Of a stretch of 39,035 nucleotides of DNA, positions 22,468-31,985 are shown one piece after another. The notes under the pieces were generated by a model. The model worked only from the letters and a program-made list of their open reading frames with translations, had not been told where the DNA came from and searched no databases. This DNA comes from a virus. Position 1 is the first letter of the stretch. Every line of letters starts with the position of its first letter. The stretch lies in the UHGV virus genome UHGV-0212837; one strand, written 5' to 3'. A program made the translations under genes and the position numbers.

Positions 22468-24464
22468 TGGCTAAAGCATGGAAAGATGTTATCGCCTCTC
22501 CACAGTATCAGGCGTTAGCACCAGAACAAAAAGCGCAGGCTCAGGAGCAATACTTCAATGAAGTCGTGGCCCCGCAAGCCGGAGAAAATGCAGAGCAGGC
22601 TAAGCAAGCTTTCTATGCAGCCTATCCATTGCCATCTGTGCAGCCAGTGGAGACACAACAACCAGTAGCACAGCAACAACCACAGCAAAGTGGATTTATG
22701 TCTGATCTTGGCGAAGCAGTAAAAGAGACTGGTCGCGGACTGGTGCAGGCTGGCGTGAACGTGGCAAACATACCTGCATCAGTTGCCGATGCTGTAACAA
22801 GTGCGGCTGCATGGGCTGGCGGTAAACTCGGCATTGGCGATGGTACATATCAACCAGCGCCACGAGTAACAACGCAGGGATTAGAGCAGGACTTTGGCCT
22901 TCAGCAAGGCGCGCTGACTCCACAAACGACAGAGGGAAGGGTATTTGCTGAAGCATTGCCTTACCTCACTCCTGCTGGCGTTGAGAGAGCGGCGGTACAG
23001 GCACCAACACTTGCTGGTCGAATTGCTCATGGGGCAACTCGCCTTCTAGCAGAAAACGCAGTTGGATCACTTGCTGCAAACAGTATGAAAGATGATGCGG
23101 AAGCACTCGCTACCGATTTAGGTGTTGGCGTTCTGGCAGGCGGCGCTATTAACGCTGCTGGACGTGGATTAGGTGCTGCTTATCGTGGCGTTCGCGGTGC
23201 TATTGCGCCAGAAGCGCAGCAAGCTATCAGATTTGCAGAGCGTGAAGGAGTTCCTCTGCACACTACAGACCTGTTACAACCCACTTCCCGCGTCGGAAAA
23301 ATGGCGCAGACTACAGCAGAAAATATCCCTCTGGCCGGCACAAGCGGAATGAGAGCAACGCAACAGGAAGCGAGAAGCCAGTTGGTTCAGAGATTTGCTG
23401 ATAAATTCGGTGAGTATGATCCAGCGGTTGTTATTGACAGCCTTAAAGCGAAAACATCAGGAATTCGTCGCGCTGCAGGAAATCGACTGGAGCAGGTTCA
23501 GAATGCTATGGCTGGAGTAAACATTCAGCCTGCGCGAGCAATTCAGCAGATTGATACTGAGATATCTAATCTGCAGAAGCTTGGTAAGGTAGCTGATAAC
23601 GAGACAATTTCAAAACTTCAGTCATATCGTGATGAGCTTGTTCGCAATGCTGGTCCTGATGGTCCGGTAAATCTGGATTTGAAGCAATTAAGCGACCTGC
23701 GCAGCCAGTTCAGAATGGACGTGAAGGGTGAGCGACCAGTGTTACCAAACCGTTCCGATGCTGCCATTCAGCGCGTTTACAAGGCAATGACCGACGATAT
23801 CAATGGTGCCATTGGTCAGAATCTTGGCAACGATACTCTCCGTAAATATCAGCAGGCCAATGCCGTCTACGCTGACGAAGCGGCGAAACTAAAGAATACC
23901 AGGCTGAAGAATGTTCTCATGAAAGGCGACCTGACGCCGGAAGTTGTCAACAACATGCTATTCAGCAATAACAAATCGGAAATTAAGACGCTGTATAACT
24001 CAATTGGTCGTGTTGGCAGGGCGCAAATGCGCAATGGCATCATTGGAAAGGCGATGGAGAAATCTGGCGGATCCCCTGACCAGTTCCTTCGGCAGCTTAA
24101 CATCCTGCAAAACCAGACTGGCATCACATTTAAGGGGCAGGACGCTGCTTATCTGAAAGGATTAAAAAACTATCTGCAATCCACGCAGCAGGCTGCAAAA
24201 GCAGCAGTAACAACACCAACAGGGCAGCAAACCATCCCGTTCATTATCGGGTATGGGACGGCAATGAACCCGGCGACAACTGGCGCAGCGGTAAGCTACG
24301 GACTTCTTACTCGCGCCTATGAGAGCGAGCCATTCAGAAATGCAATGCTCCGAATGGCAAATACCCCACGCGGATCAACAGCGTTTGAGAAAGCCATGCA
24401 GCAGGCGCAAAAGGCCATTAACGCCATTACTCAGGGTGCCAAGTCTGATGCGTTGTCAGAATAG
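22467..24464 (+). CDS. Ejection protein (P22 gp16-like)
   Basis: 665 aa; synteny, ATGA-type overlap with gp20. Confidence 0.8.
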   Translation: MAKAWKDVIASPQYQALAPEQKAQAQEQYFNEVVAPQAGENAEQAKQAFYAAYPLPSVQPVETQQPVAQQQPQQSGFMSDLGEAVKETGRGLVQAGVNVANIPASVADAVTSAAAWAGGKLGIGDGTYQPAPRVTTQGLEQDFGLQQGALTPQTTEGRVFAEALPYLTPAGVERAAVQAPTLAGRIAHGATRLLAENAVGSLAANSMKDDAEALATDLGVGVLAGGAINAAGRGLGAAYRGVRGAIAPEAQQAIRFAEREGVPLHTTDLLQPTSRVGKMAQTTAENIPLAGTSGMRATQQEARSQLVQRFADKFGEYDPAVVIDSLKAKTSGIRRAAGNRLEQVQNAMAGVNIQPARAIQQIDTEISNLQKLGKVADNETISKLQSYRDELVRNAGPDGPVNLDLKQLSDLRSQFRMDVKGERPVLPNRSDAAIQRVYKAMTDDINGAIGQNLGNDTLRKYQQANAVYADEAAKLKNTRLKNVLMKGDLTPEVVNNMLFSNNKSEIKTLYNSIGRVGRAQMRNGIIGKAMEKSGGSPDQFLRQLNILQNQTGITFKGQDAAYLKGLKNYLQSTQQAAKAAVTTPTGQQTIPFIIGYGTAMNPATTGAAVSYGLLTRAYESEPFRNAMLRMANTPRGSTAFEKAMQQAQKAINAITQGAKSDALSE

Positions 24465-24553
24465 CTTCGCAAACACCAGGAACGTGCAAAAACCAAATAT
24501 GTAGAACGCAATATTCAGCATATCTCTTTGCATAAATCCTCCGTAACTGATGG

Positions 24554-24814
24554 TTAACTGCTGTCTTTTTTATATATCTCTTTGAGCGTATCAAAGACAA
24601 TTTTCTTAACCATATCAGATTGTTGTTCTGCCATACGCTCTGCATCGTCAATGTAAACTGATGCAGAGCTTTGTTTAGCCAATGATTCTTCAATCGCTGC
24701 AATTATCTCTGAGTTCAGCGACCTGTTATTCATCTTCGCACGCTGCTTAATTTTCGCGTGGAGTTCATGCGGAAGTCTCAAGTGAAACTGCGCCTCGTCG
24801 TATTTACTGTACAT
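24554..24814 (-). CDS. mnt: Mnt-like ribbon-helix-helix repressor (Arc/MetJ family)
   Basis: Aligns along its length with recalled P22 Mnt (LNSEIIAAIEESL, DDAERMAEQQSDMVKKIVFDTLKEIYKK); start taken at internal ATG 24814; track ORF extends to 24847. Confidence 0.75.
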   Translation of the reverse strand: MYSKYDEAQFHLRLPHELHAKIKQRAKMNNRSLNSEIIAAIEESLAKQSSASVYIDDAERMAEQQSDMVKKIVFDTLKEIYKKDSS

Positions 24815-24935
24815 CCTTGATGCCTCACCAGTTGGGTGGAATGGCATCGTAACCTACTGGATAAATACTCAATAGTACCATTTCGGTATGCAATCACATC
24901 ATGGTTGCATCATATCATTCGTCTGGAGTAATGAA

Positions 24936-27242
24936 ATGTCAGATATCACCGCAAATGTTGTGGTAAGCATGCCTTCGCAACTCTTCACTATGGCGCGTTC
25001 TTTTAAAGCGGTTGCCAATGGCAAAATTTATATCGGAAAAATTGACACTGACCCGGTAAATCCAGAAAACCAGATCCAGGTTTATGTGGAGAACGAAGAC
25101 GGCTCTCACGTTCCTGTTTCGCAACCAATCATCATTAACGCTGCCGGATATCCGGTATATAACGGACAGATTGCCAAGTTCGTAACTGTGCAAGGTCATT
25201 CTATGGCTGTGTACGATGCATATGGGGCGCAGCAGTTCTATTTTCCGAATGTGCTGAAGTATGATCCTGATCAGTTACGGAAACAGGTGGAGCATAATCT
25301 TTTTAATATTTGGAAAGAGCTATCTAATAGCTATGGTATTAATCTAATAGGAACATTTGAGTCAGGATTTACAATTGACGACAGGAGACAGGCAGGGCTT
25401 TTTCTTAAAGATGGTAAAGTTTATACAAGGAAAGGATTAGATAATGTTATTGTCCCTCCGGGGAGTTACCCAGAACCTTCATTATGGGAGCCTGTTTCTT
25501 TTATAAAAGAAGAAACAATATATGTAGGAATAGAACCATTTAAGTTACATGAAAGTAATGATGGTGCAAAAAATGATGAAATTCTTGAAAGGCTTGCGAG
25601 ATATATTGAAACAAGAAGTGGGCCTGTGAGGGTAATTTTTCCAAAAGGAGATTTTTATGTTGGAAGCCAGTATCTTTCAGGTGCGACAGGATTTGGCGGG
25701 TCTTATATACCAAACCAGAAATGTACAGTAAGAAATTTCAATTATCCACTGCGGTATGAATTTAATGATAGCAATTTTATTTTCTCAGATGGATTGCGGG
25801 TTGGGTCATTTGATCCGGTAACTGGCCTCCCAATTAAAACAATTCAAACAAATTTTGACTATCGTGCAAATAGAGGTATTTTATTTGGGTTTAATGGCTG
25901 TCCAATTGTTTCCATCTCAGGAAGAGTTAATATTGATTTCAATGGAAAGAGTGTAATATTAGGCGGGGAGTTCGGGGATTCTGGATATCAATGTCCAGAA
26001 TATGGATTTTGGTTTATTGATCATAAGGTTTTGATATTTGATGCACATTATACAGCATATGACGGAGCAATGGATGCTATTTATTTAGCAGGATTGAATG
26101 GAGATGATTGTTATTCACGAGTTACTAATTTCTCTATTAACAAAATGGGGCGTTCAGCTTTTGTTGTTGCTGGCGGAGACAATATTTATATTAGTGGCGA
26201 CGCCTATAACTCCGGGCTTGGTAGTATATCAAGTTCACCTGGACATAACTTTGCCATAGAGTCAGAAGTACGCAAAATTTCAAATGTAGTACTTGAAGGA
26301 GTTACTGCAAATGAAGCAAAATTCTCTTCATTTAGCATCTATAGGACTCAATCGAATCCAGTTAATGACATTAAGGTGGTAAACTCATATCTTTCAAATT
26401 CTTTCAACATAACATGCAAATCAAATACACCTAATTTAAAATACATTGATTGCACTTTTAGAGGGTTGATTGGAGAGCACAGAAATGAGTTCTTTGATCA
26501 TTCAGTCGACTTAAGAGCTGCAAAACTGATAAGATGTAATCATTATGATACCAAGCCAGACGGTTCTTTAACGAACGCATCAAATGGCACCCATTTTGAT
26601 AGTTCTAAAATAATTAGATTAACATTCAGTGAATGTAATATCATATCATCCGGGTTCAAGCCTGGAAGAGGAACAATAGGTTCAATATATGAAGCTGTAA
26701 TAGATGGCCTGACTGTCACTGTTAACGGAGATATCACGTTTGCCGCAACAAATGGTATAAAAATACTTAATTTTGAAAATCCAGTAAAGATAGAAAATTT
26801 TGAATTAATAAATAGGACAATAGGTAACGGCACAGATTCGCAACGAGCATATATAGGTGTGTCTGGAATTGAAAATGCATCTATAAAAAATGCAGCAATA
26901 TCAGGGGTTGGGCAAGAGAAAGACACCATACTTTGGTTGTATCCATTAATAAATTCCGGGGGAAGGGCGGGTCGCCTTGTTGATAGGGATGCCAAATCTT
27001 CTGTAGGGGCACAACAATTCCTTTCTTTAGGGACGGATTCATATTTGAATGAATCGCAGAATGTATCAGGGTATCAAAGAATATTTTCTGTAACACAGTT
27101 GCCAAAAACTGGATATTGGGTTAGAGGAGATGTTTTATTTTTCAAAAATCCTTCGCCAGGTGGTCACATTGGTTTTGTATGCACATCTTCTGGAGAAGGA
27201 GAAGGTGCAATATTCAAAGCATTTGGGGCAATAAGTCCTTAG
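24936..27242 (+). CDS. Tailspike protein: P22 gp9-type head-binding domain (first ~110 aa) fused to a divergent AT-rich receptor-binding domain
   Basis: [11 protein letters not shown]...NVLKYDPDQ matches P22 gp9 N-terminus; remainder unrelated to recalled P22 gp9; start at ATG 24936 with GGAG SD. Confidence 0.9.
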   Translation: MSDITANVVVSMPSQLFTMARSFKAVANGKIYIGKIDTDPVNPENQIQVYVENEDGSHVPVSQPIIINAAGYPVYNGQIAKFVTVQGHSMAVYDAYGAQQFYFPNVLKYDPDQLRKQVEHNLFNIWKELSNSYGINLIGTFESGFTIDDRRQAGLFLKDGKVYTRKGLDNVIVPPGSYPEPSLWEPVSFIKEETIYVGIEPFKLHESNDGAKNDEILERLARYIETRSGPVRVIFPKGDFYVGSQYLSGATGFGGSYIPNQKCTVRNFNYPLRYEFNDSNFIFSDGLRVGSFDPVTGLPIKTIQTNFDYRANRGILFGFNGCPIVSISGRVNIDFNGKSVILGGEFGDSGYQCPEYGFWFIDHKVLIFDAHYTAYDGAMDAIYLAGLNGDDCYSRVTNFSINKMGRSAFVVAGGDNIYISGDAYNSGLGSISSSPGHNFAIESEVRKISNVVLEGVTANEAKFSSFSIYRTQSNPVNDIKVVNSYLSNSFNITCKSNTPNLKYIDCTFRGLIGEHRNEFFDHSVDLRAAKLIRCNHYDTKPDGSLTNASNGTHFDSSKIIRLTFSECNIISSGFKPGRGTIGSIYEAVIDGLTVTVNGDITFAATNGIKILNFENPVKIENFELINRTIGNGTDSQRAYIGVSGIENASIKNAAISGVGQEKDTILWLYPLINSGGRAGRLVDRDAKSSVGAQQFLSLGTDSYLNESQNVSGYQRIFSVTQLPKTGYWVRGDVLFFKNPSPGGHIGFVCTSSGEGEGAIFKAFGAISP

Positions 27243-27346
27243 TAAGGATATCTTTGATATTAATTTATTTTATATAAATAAGCTAAGGTGCATATACAAA
27301 GCTTTGCACTTAATTGCAAGGCTTTGTGCACTTCGATAGTGGTTAA

Positions 27347-27366
27347 GGTGGATCACTCCACCTTTT
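27347..27366 (+). terminator. Candidate terminator after the tailspike
   Basis: GGTGGA-TCAC-TCCACC followed by TTTT. Confidence 0.45.
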
Positions 27367-27664
27367 CATCAAGCCAGTCCGACCACCACTGCATCATTTC
27401 TCTGCGCTTATCGTGGTAGATGCCTCACTATCACACGGTGATAGTTCATTACTGGTTTGCATAATGGATAGAGAACTGAGGATAAAAGATATCCCAAAAC
27501 CCCAAAATCTCATCTTTAGGATTTGCAGAAAGGGAGGCGTGAACAAATACCTGCGCATGAAAACGGAACTAGTCCAGATGTGATGTTTGTGGTGATCACA
27601 TACATCATTAACGATGCTCGTTATGGTAAGTTTGATGACTACCCGATGAAGTGAAAATTGTGTT

Positions 27665-27686
27665 GTGTACCAAATTGCGTACCAAA
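27665..27686 (+). repeat. Two direct copies of G(T/C)GTACCAAA (candidate integrase arm-type or regulator sites)
   Basis: Copies at 27665-27674 and 27677-27686. Confidence 0.45.
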
Positions 27687-27915
27687 CTAAAATCACAAAT
27701 CATGAAACCCTTGTTCATGGCGGTTCTCATGGGTGTTGCGCGTAATCGTGAAAGAGGAAGGTAGGTTGTTTGTCTGTGTCTGTCATTGTCTAGCATTGTC
27801 CACTGTAGTTAATTAACTGTCTGTTATAACTCGAAAAACAACCTTTTTTTCACCTGAGTATGTCTACGAACGTCAAATATAGTTGTTTACTGTGCGCTGT
27901 TGTCCATGTGATATT

Positions 27916-27959
27916 GTGTACCAGATGTGTACCAAACCATTATTTTTGAGCGTACCAAA
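27916..27959 (+). repeat. Three further copies of G(T/C)GTACCA(A/G)A just upstream of int
   Basis: 27916-27925, 27927-27936, 27950-27959, same orientation as the 27665 cluster. Confidence 0.45.
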
Positions 27960-27967
27960 TATTATTT

Positions 27968-29146
27968 ATGGCTATAAGCGACACAAAACTGCGTACTATT
28001 TATGGTAAACCATATTCTGGCCCACAAGAAGTGGCTGATGCCGATGGGCTCAGCGTACGAATTTCACCGAAGGGGGTCATCCAGTTCCAGTACCGCTATC
28101 GCTGGCATGGCAAGCCTAATCGACTTGGGCTTGGTCGATATCCATCCCTGTCTTTGAAGGATGCCAGACAGATCACTGCTGACTTGCGAAAGCTCTATTT
28201 CTCAGGAACGGATCCACGCACCTATTTTGAAGAGAAGGTGGAGAACTCCATGACGGTCGCCCAGTGTCTCGACTACTGGTTCGACAACTACGTCTCTACA
28301 ACTCTCAGAGAAAAGACCCAGGCACTTTACCGATCAACGGTTATGAAGCGCATGCATGACGCATTTCCTAATCGTCCGGCATCTTCTATCACGGTTAAGC
28401 AATGGGTTGACCTGCTTACCGAAGAAGAAAGAGATAATCCACGCCGAGCAAGGCAGGTGCTAAGTCAACTAAGATCAGCAATAAGTTGGTGCATGCGGCG
28501 TCAGTTGATAGATAGTTGCGCAATTATGAGCATCCAACCAAGGGACTTCGGCTCCCGTGCTGAGGTAGGGGAGCGGGTACTGTCGTATCACGAACTAGCT
28601 AAGATTTGGCTTGCTATTGAAAGAAGCCGTGCGTCTACGTCAAATAAGCTCCTTCATCAGATGCTTATGCTGTGGGGGGCGAGGCTCTCAGAGCTTAGGC
28701 TGGCAACAAAGACAGAATTTGACCTGCTGGACAACGTATGGACCGTACCGAAAGAGCATAGCAAGATGGGTAATGTTATCCGCCGTCCAATCTTCGAACA
28801 AATTAAGCCTTTTCTCGAAAAGGCCATGACAACGTACAATGATGTTCTTTTCCCTGGAGAAGACATAAACAAACCGATCAGCATCGCTGCAGCCAACCGA
28901 TTCGTAAATAGAATAAGGGGAGGGATGGACATAGGTTACTGGCGAACACATGATTTCAGAAGAACGCTTGTTACACGGCTGTCCGAGATGAATGTCGAGC
29001 CCCATGTTACTGAGCGAATGCTCGGTCATGAACTTGGCGGGATAATGTCCGTGTACAATAAACACGACTGGATAGAGGCTCAGCGCAAAGCGTATGAGCT
29101 TCACGCTGATAAATTGTTCTGGCACATCAGGAGCATTTCTGATTAA
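27968..29146 (+). CDS. int: Tyrosine integrase (P4-type N-terminal arm-binding domain)
   Basis: 392 aa; catalytic region with R...H..R...Y pattern (HDFRRT, GHELGG, SVYNKH); N-terminal domain typical of P4-like integrases. Confidence 0.9.
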   Translation: MAISDTKLRTIYGKPYSGPQEVADADGLSVRISPKGVIQFQYRYRWHGKPNRLGLGRYPSLSLKDARQITADLRKLYFSGTDPRTYFEEKVENSMTVAQCLDYWFDNYVSTTLREKTQALYRSTVMKRMHDAFPNRPASSITVKQWVDLLTEEERDNPRRARQVLSQLRSAISWCMRRQLIDSCAIMSIQPRDFGSRAEVGERVLSYHELAKIWLAIERSRASTSNKLLHQMLMLWGARLSELRLATKTEFDLLDNVWTVPKEHSKMGNVIRRPIFEQIKPFLEKAMTTYNDVLFPGEDINKPISIAAANRFVNRIRGGMDIGYWRTHDFRRTLVTRLSEMNVEPHVTERMLGHELGGIMSVYNKHDWIEAQRKAYELHADKLFWHIRSISD

Positions 29147-29318
29147 CGCCACCGTTAAGAATCCACCATTCAACAGCTTCACGAAGGTATGATTTGGGGT
29201 GGGTTCTGACTGGCTTCGGAAATCCGTGCCGTTTGGTATAGTTCCAGATTGTCTGACGTGATGAAACACCGAGCTTGTTCATCACTTCTTTCTCAGGAAT
29301 CAGGCTGGTATCGGTCAT
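29127..29318 (-). CDS. xis: AlpA-family excisionase / DNA-binding regulator
   Basis: 63 aa HTH resembling AlpA/Xis; GGAGA SD; 3' end overlaps int 3' end by 20 bp, convergent. Confidence 0.55.
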   Translation of the reverse strand: MTDTSLIPEKEVMNKLGVSSRQTIWNYTKRHGFPKPVRTHPKSYLREAVEWWILNGGVNQKCS

Positions 29319-29395
29319 CTTAATTCTCCAGGCAAAAAGAAACCGCCATATAGCGGCTCTATCAGATATGTACAGGCCTCATCGAGTGTGAGGCG

Positions 29396-29740
29396 TTAGT
29401 CCTTGCTTAGCTCGCTGATTCTTCTGTAAGTCTCTGGTGCTTTGTTTCCGTGTATCTTCATTTCAAACTTCAACAGAGCAACGAGGGAATCCCATTCGTT
29501 GAGGATTCCTTTGAATGCCGGAACGCGCTTTGCAACATTGTCGAATGAATCTCTGATTTCTGGAATCTGCTCAACAAGTGCAACGCATCGTCGGAAATCG
29601 GCTGCGTCATGTGGAGCGCCGAAGTGATGACCATAGATATTCTTTTTCAGTCCACATGCGATTGAGGCAAGAGTTGCGCTACTGATGCCGACATCGCCAG
29701 TCGATTGCCATTTCAAAACCTTCATAGCCAAATCTGACAT
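29396..29740 (-). CDS. Hypothetical protein (114 aa)
   Basis: Start taken at internal ATG 29740 (GGAGA SD); the longer track ORF would contain a terminator-like hairpin. Confidence 0.4.
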   Translation of the reverse strand: MSDLAMKVLKWQSTGDVGISSATLASIACGLKKNIYGHHFGAPHDAADFRRCVALVEQIPEIRDSFDNVAKRVPAFKGILNEWDSLVALLKFEMKIHGNKAPETYRRISELSKD

Positions 29741-29754
29741 TTCTTGTCTCCAAT

Positions 29755-29775
29755 AAAAAACCGCCATCAGGCGGC
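29755..29775 (-). terminator. Candidate weak terminator (GCCGCC-TGAT-GGCGG plus T6)
   Basis: 5-bp GC stem and U-run on the minus strand between two small genes. Confidence 0.35.
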
Positions 29776-29949
29776 ATGGTGTTCTTTCAGTTCTTCAATT
29801 CGAATATTGGTTACGTCTGCATGTGCTATCTGCGCCCATATCATCCAGTGGTCATAGCAGTCATTGATGTTCTCTGCTTCGATAACTCTGTTGAATGGTT
29901 CTCCATTCCATTCACCTGTGACTCGGAAGTGCATTAGTGATTTCTCCAA
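29767..29949 (-). CDS. Hypothetical protein (60 aa)
   Basis: ORF in early-left operon. Confidence 0.4.
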   Translation of the reverse strand: MEKSLMHFRVTGEWNGEPFNRVIEAENINDCYDHWMIWAQIAHADVTNIRIEELKEHHAA

Positions 29950-29969
29950 AAGATGCTTGAGTGCGCTTC

Positions 29970-30269
29970 TTATTCGATTCGCACACCTGGTATTTCGCCT
30001 TTTGATATTGCTAAGTCATAAATTTGCGCAGCACTATACCCATCTCGCATCCATGAATCTAATGCGCGAATAGCCTCGTTACGCTTTTTATCTTCTCTCT
30101 CATTTTTGATATCAACGAGGACATCAACGCAATTAAGGCAAATGTGGATTTTGTCCTTACATTCGATCATGGCGGCTTTACCATGATTTACTCCACACAG
30201 TGAGCATAAATCTTCAGGGTCTGGCTGGTATTTCTGTAACGTTAAAGGGTTGAATGTTGAACAGGACAT
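29970..30269 (-). CDS. Cys4 zinc-ribbon protein (99 aa)
   Basis: CSLCG...CLNC; third ATG has GGAG at proper spacing. Confidence 0.4.
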   Translation of the reverse strand: MSCSTFNPLTLQKYQPDPEDLCSLCGVNHGKAAMIECKDKIHICLNCVDVLVDIKNEREDKKRNEAIRALDSWMRDGYSAAQIYDLAISKGEIPGVRIE

Positions 30270-30375
30270 AATCATCTCCATAAAACAAAACTCGCCGTAG
30301 CGAGTTCAGATAAAAGAAATCCCCGCGAGTGCGAGGATTGTTATTCACCTTTGACGGCAAGTTGCAGGTTAGCCA

Positions 30376-30636
30376 TTACCGCACCTCCAGTCTCCATACC
30401 GACTGACCAATCCGGCTGGCATAGGTATCTTTGGATACTGCTCCGTCTTTAGCCAGCTCCATAAGAATTTTGCGCAAATCTGCCGAACGCCATTCTTCAT
30501 CAGGAAATTCCTTCTCCATTGCCAACCGCAGATTCCAGGTTGCTATCGTGAATGGATATTCCCCGCCGAGAGCTTTCTCTTGCAGGGCAGCACGGGAACG
30601 CATCACCTGCAAAACCTTCTCTTTTACATCCATCAT
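30376..30636 (-). CDS. Hypothetical protein (86 aa)
   Basis: AGGAGG SD; ATGA overlap with upstream gene. Confidence 0.45.
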   Translation of the reverse strand: MMDVKEKVLQVMRSRAALQEKALGGEYPFTIATWNLRLAMEKEFPDEEWRSADLRKILMELAKDGAVSKDTYASRIGQSVWRLEVR

Positions 30637-31277
30637 TTTACCTCCTGCGGCGGTTCCGGTAGCGGCATCCAGTGAGTTGCCTGCTCAATACCATTACCCG
30701 GCTTAATCGTTGCTTGTCCTCGCCGAAAGGTACTTCCGGTATAGCGTGCGGAGCATATTAGCGGCTCAACCAGATCACTATCGAAATTCACCGAAATAAG
30801 TACGTTCTGATTCTTTTTCGGCATTCGCTCACTACAGCTTATCCAACCATCCGGAATTACCGGAGAGTTGCCGGGTTCTTTAATGTGCAAGCGAGGCTCA
30901 CCATCTTTTGGCTCAGGCCACTGGCGCTCCATGTTGATCTTCAATTTATCTTCCATAGCAGCGGTAATTTCAGCATCGCTGATGCCAGCACGGCGCTGTG
31001 AATCCCACAACAGAAACTGCATATCAGCCCACTCGCTAAGATCGTCTGGTTCGGCTGCGGCTTCCAGTGCCTCTTTTGAGAGGTGTTTCAGTGGACCAAT
31101 GGGGCCAACGCAGCCAAATGTGGAGTCAGACCATTTGGCATGCTCGTGGCGAATCTGTTCGCGTTCCAGTGATGCCAGTGCAATTCGTGCCAGTTCCATT
31201 TGTTCGCCACGAGTAAGCCCGTTTTCAAGCGGATTTTTAATGAATAATTCGATACGTTCTTTGGTAATAGTGGTCAT
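30633..31277 (-). CDS. Hypothetical protein, MTTIT paralog 1 (214 aa)
   Basis: N-terminus MTTITKER...ELARIALA paralogous to 31473-31985. Confidence 0.5.
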   Translation of the reverse strand: MTTITKERIELFIKNPLENGLTRGEQMELARIALASLEREQIRHEHAKWSDSTFGCVGPIGPLKHLSKEALEAAAEPDDLSEWADMQFLLWDSQRRAGISDAEITAAMEDKLKINMERQWPEPKDGEPRLHIKEPGNSPVIPDGWISCSERMPKKNQNVLISVNFDSDLVEPLICSARYTGSTFRRGQATIKPGNGIEQATHWMPLPEPPQEVK

Positions 31278-31279
31278 AG

Positions 31280-31471
31280 CTATTTCACCTTAATCTCAAC
31301 ATTTCGCAGCTTTAGCTCTACTGGCAGGTCTGACTTTCCTGTTAATGCTAATGCGAGATTTTCTGGGGTAATGAGAGCAGTTATTGCTTTCCCCATTGCC
31401 AGACGAATAATTATTCGTATTTCGCGATCGTCACATGCTCCTGGTCGAACGATTGATATTTGTCCGTCCAT
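31280..31471 (-). CDS. Hypothetical protein (63 aa)
   Basis: ATG 31471 with AAGGAG SD one nt after the upstream stop. Confidence 0.35.
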   Translation of the reverse strand: MDGQISIVRPGACDDREIRIIIRLAMGKAITALITPENLALALTGKSDLPVELKLRNVEIKVK

Positions 31472-31472
31472 C

Positions 31473-31985
31473 TCACTCTCCTTTGATGCCAATGTTTACA
31501 GCCTGGCAAGCCTCTTTGAGCACCCAGTCAACAGCGTCTTTCCATGCTCCAGTTTCGACTGGCGGATTTTCACGCTTAACCTGTTCATAGAAGCGCACTG
31601 CTTTAATCAATCCTTCTGGTGTCAGTGGCACAGGCGGGGCAGTGAATAACGCCTGAATTTCATAGTTCGGTCTGTCGTTGCAATCCTCTTTTGTCGGTAC
31701 ATATTTCCAGTCACCAACCCACGGCTCCCCCTGTGAGTCCGTAATGCCTTTTTTCACGTAGCGATATCGCCACGCTATCGGCTCTGCTTCCAGCAATGCC
31801 AGCACAATTCGTGCCAGCTCACGCACTACTTCCGGGGGAGCGTAACGGTCATTCAGGTCATCCCACAGGCGTAGCATGTTATCGCTACCAGGGTGAACAT
31901 CCTCGTTAGTTCCGGCAAGCGCACTAATAACCTCATCGGCTGCCTCAATAATTTTCAGAGCTTGTTCTCTGGTAATAGTGGTCAT
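31473..31985 (-). CDS. Hypothetical protein, MTTIT paralog 2 (170 aa)
   Basis: Shares nucleotide-identical first 5 codons and an ELARI(V/A)LA motif with paralog 1. Confidence 0.5.
   Translation of the reverse strand: MTTITREQALKIIEAADEVISALAGTNEDVHPGSDNMLRLWDDLNDRYAPPEVVRELARIVLALLEAEPIAWRYRYVKKGITDSQGEPWVGDWKYVPTKEDCNDRPNYEIQALFTAPPVPLTPEGLIKAVRFYEQVKRENPPVETGAWKDAVDWVLKEACQAVNIGIKGE

Noticed and set aside
286-22956. Numerous short antisense or out-of-frame ORFs inside large genes (for example 286-471, 520-879, 933-1223, 12957-13391, 19501-19848, 22696-22956)
   Set aside because: Each is fully contained in a well-supported longer gene on the opposite strand or another frame and lacks a start context.
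24427-24702. 91-aa minus-strand ORF overlapping mnt
   Set aside because: Out-of-frame overlap with the well-supported Mnt coding sequence.
27394-27796. Minus-strand ORFs of 100 and 62 aa in the tailspike-int intergenic region
   Set aside because: Lie in AT-rich, repeat-containing candidate attP DNA; no RBS; composition not protein-like.
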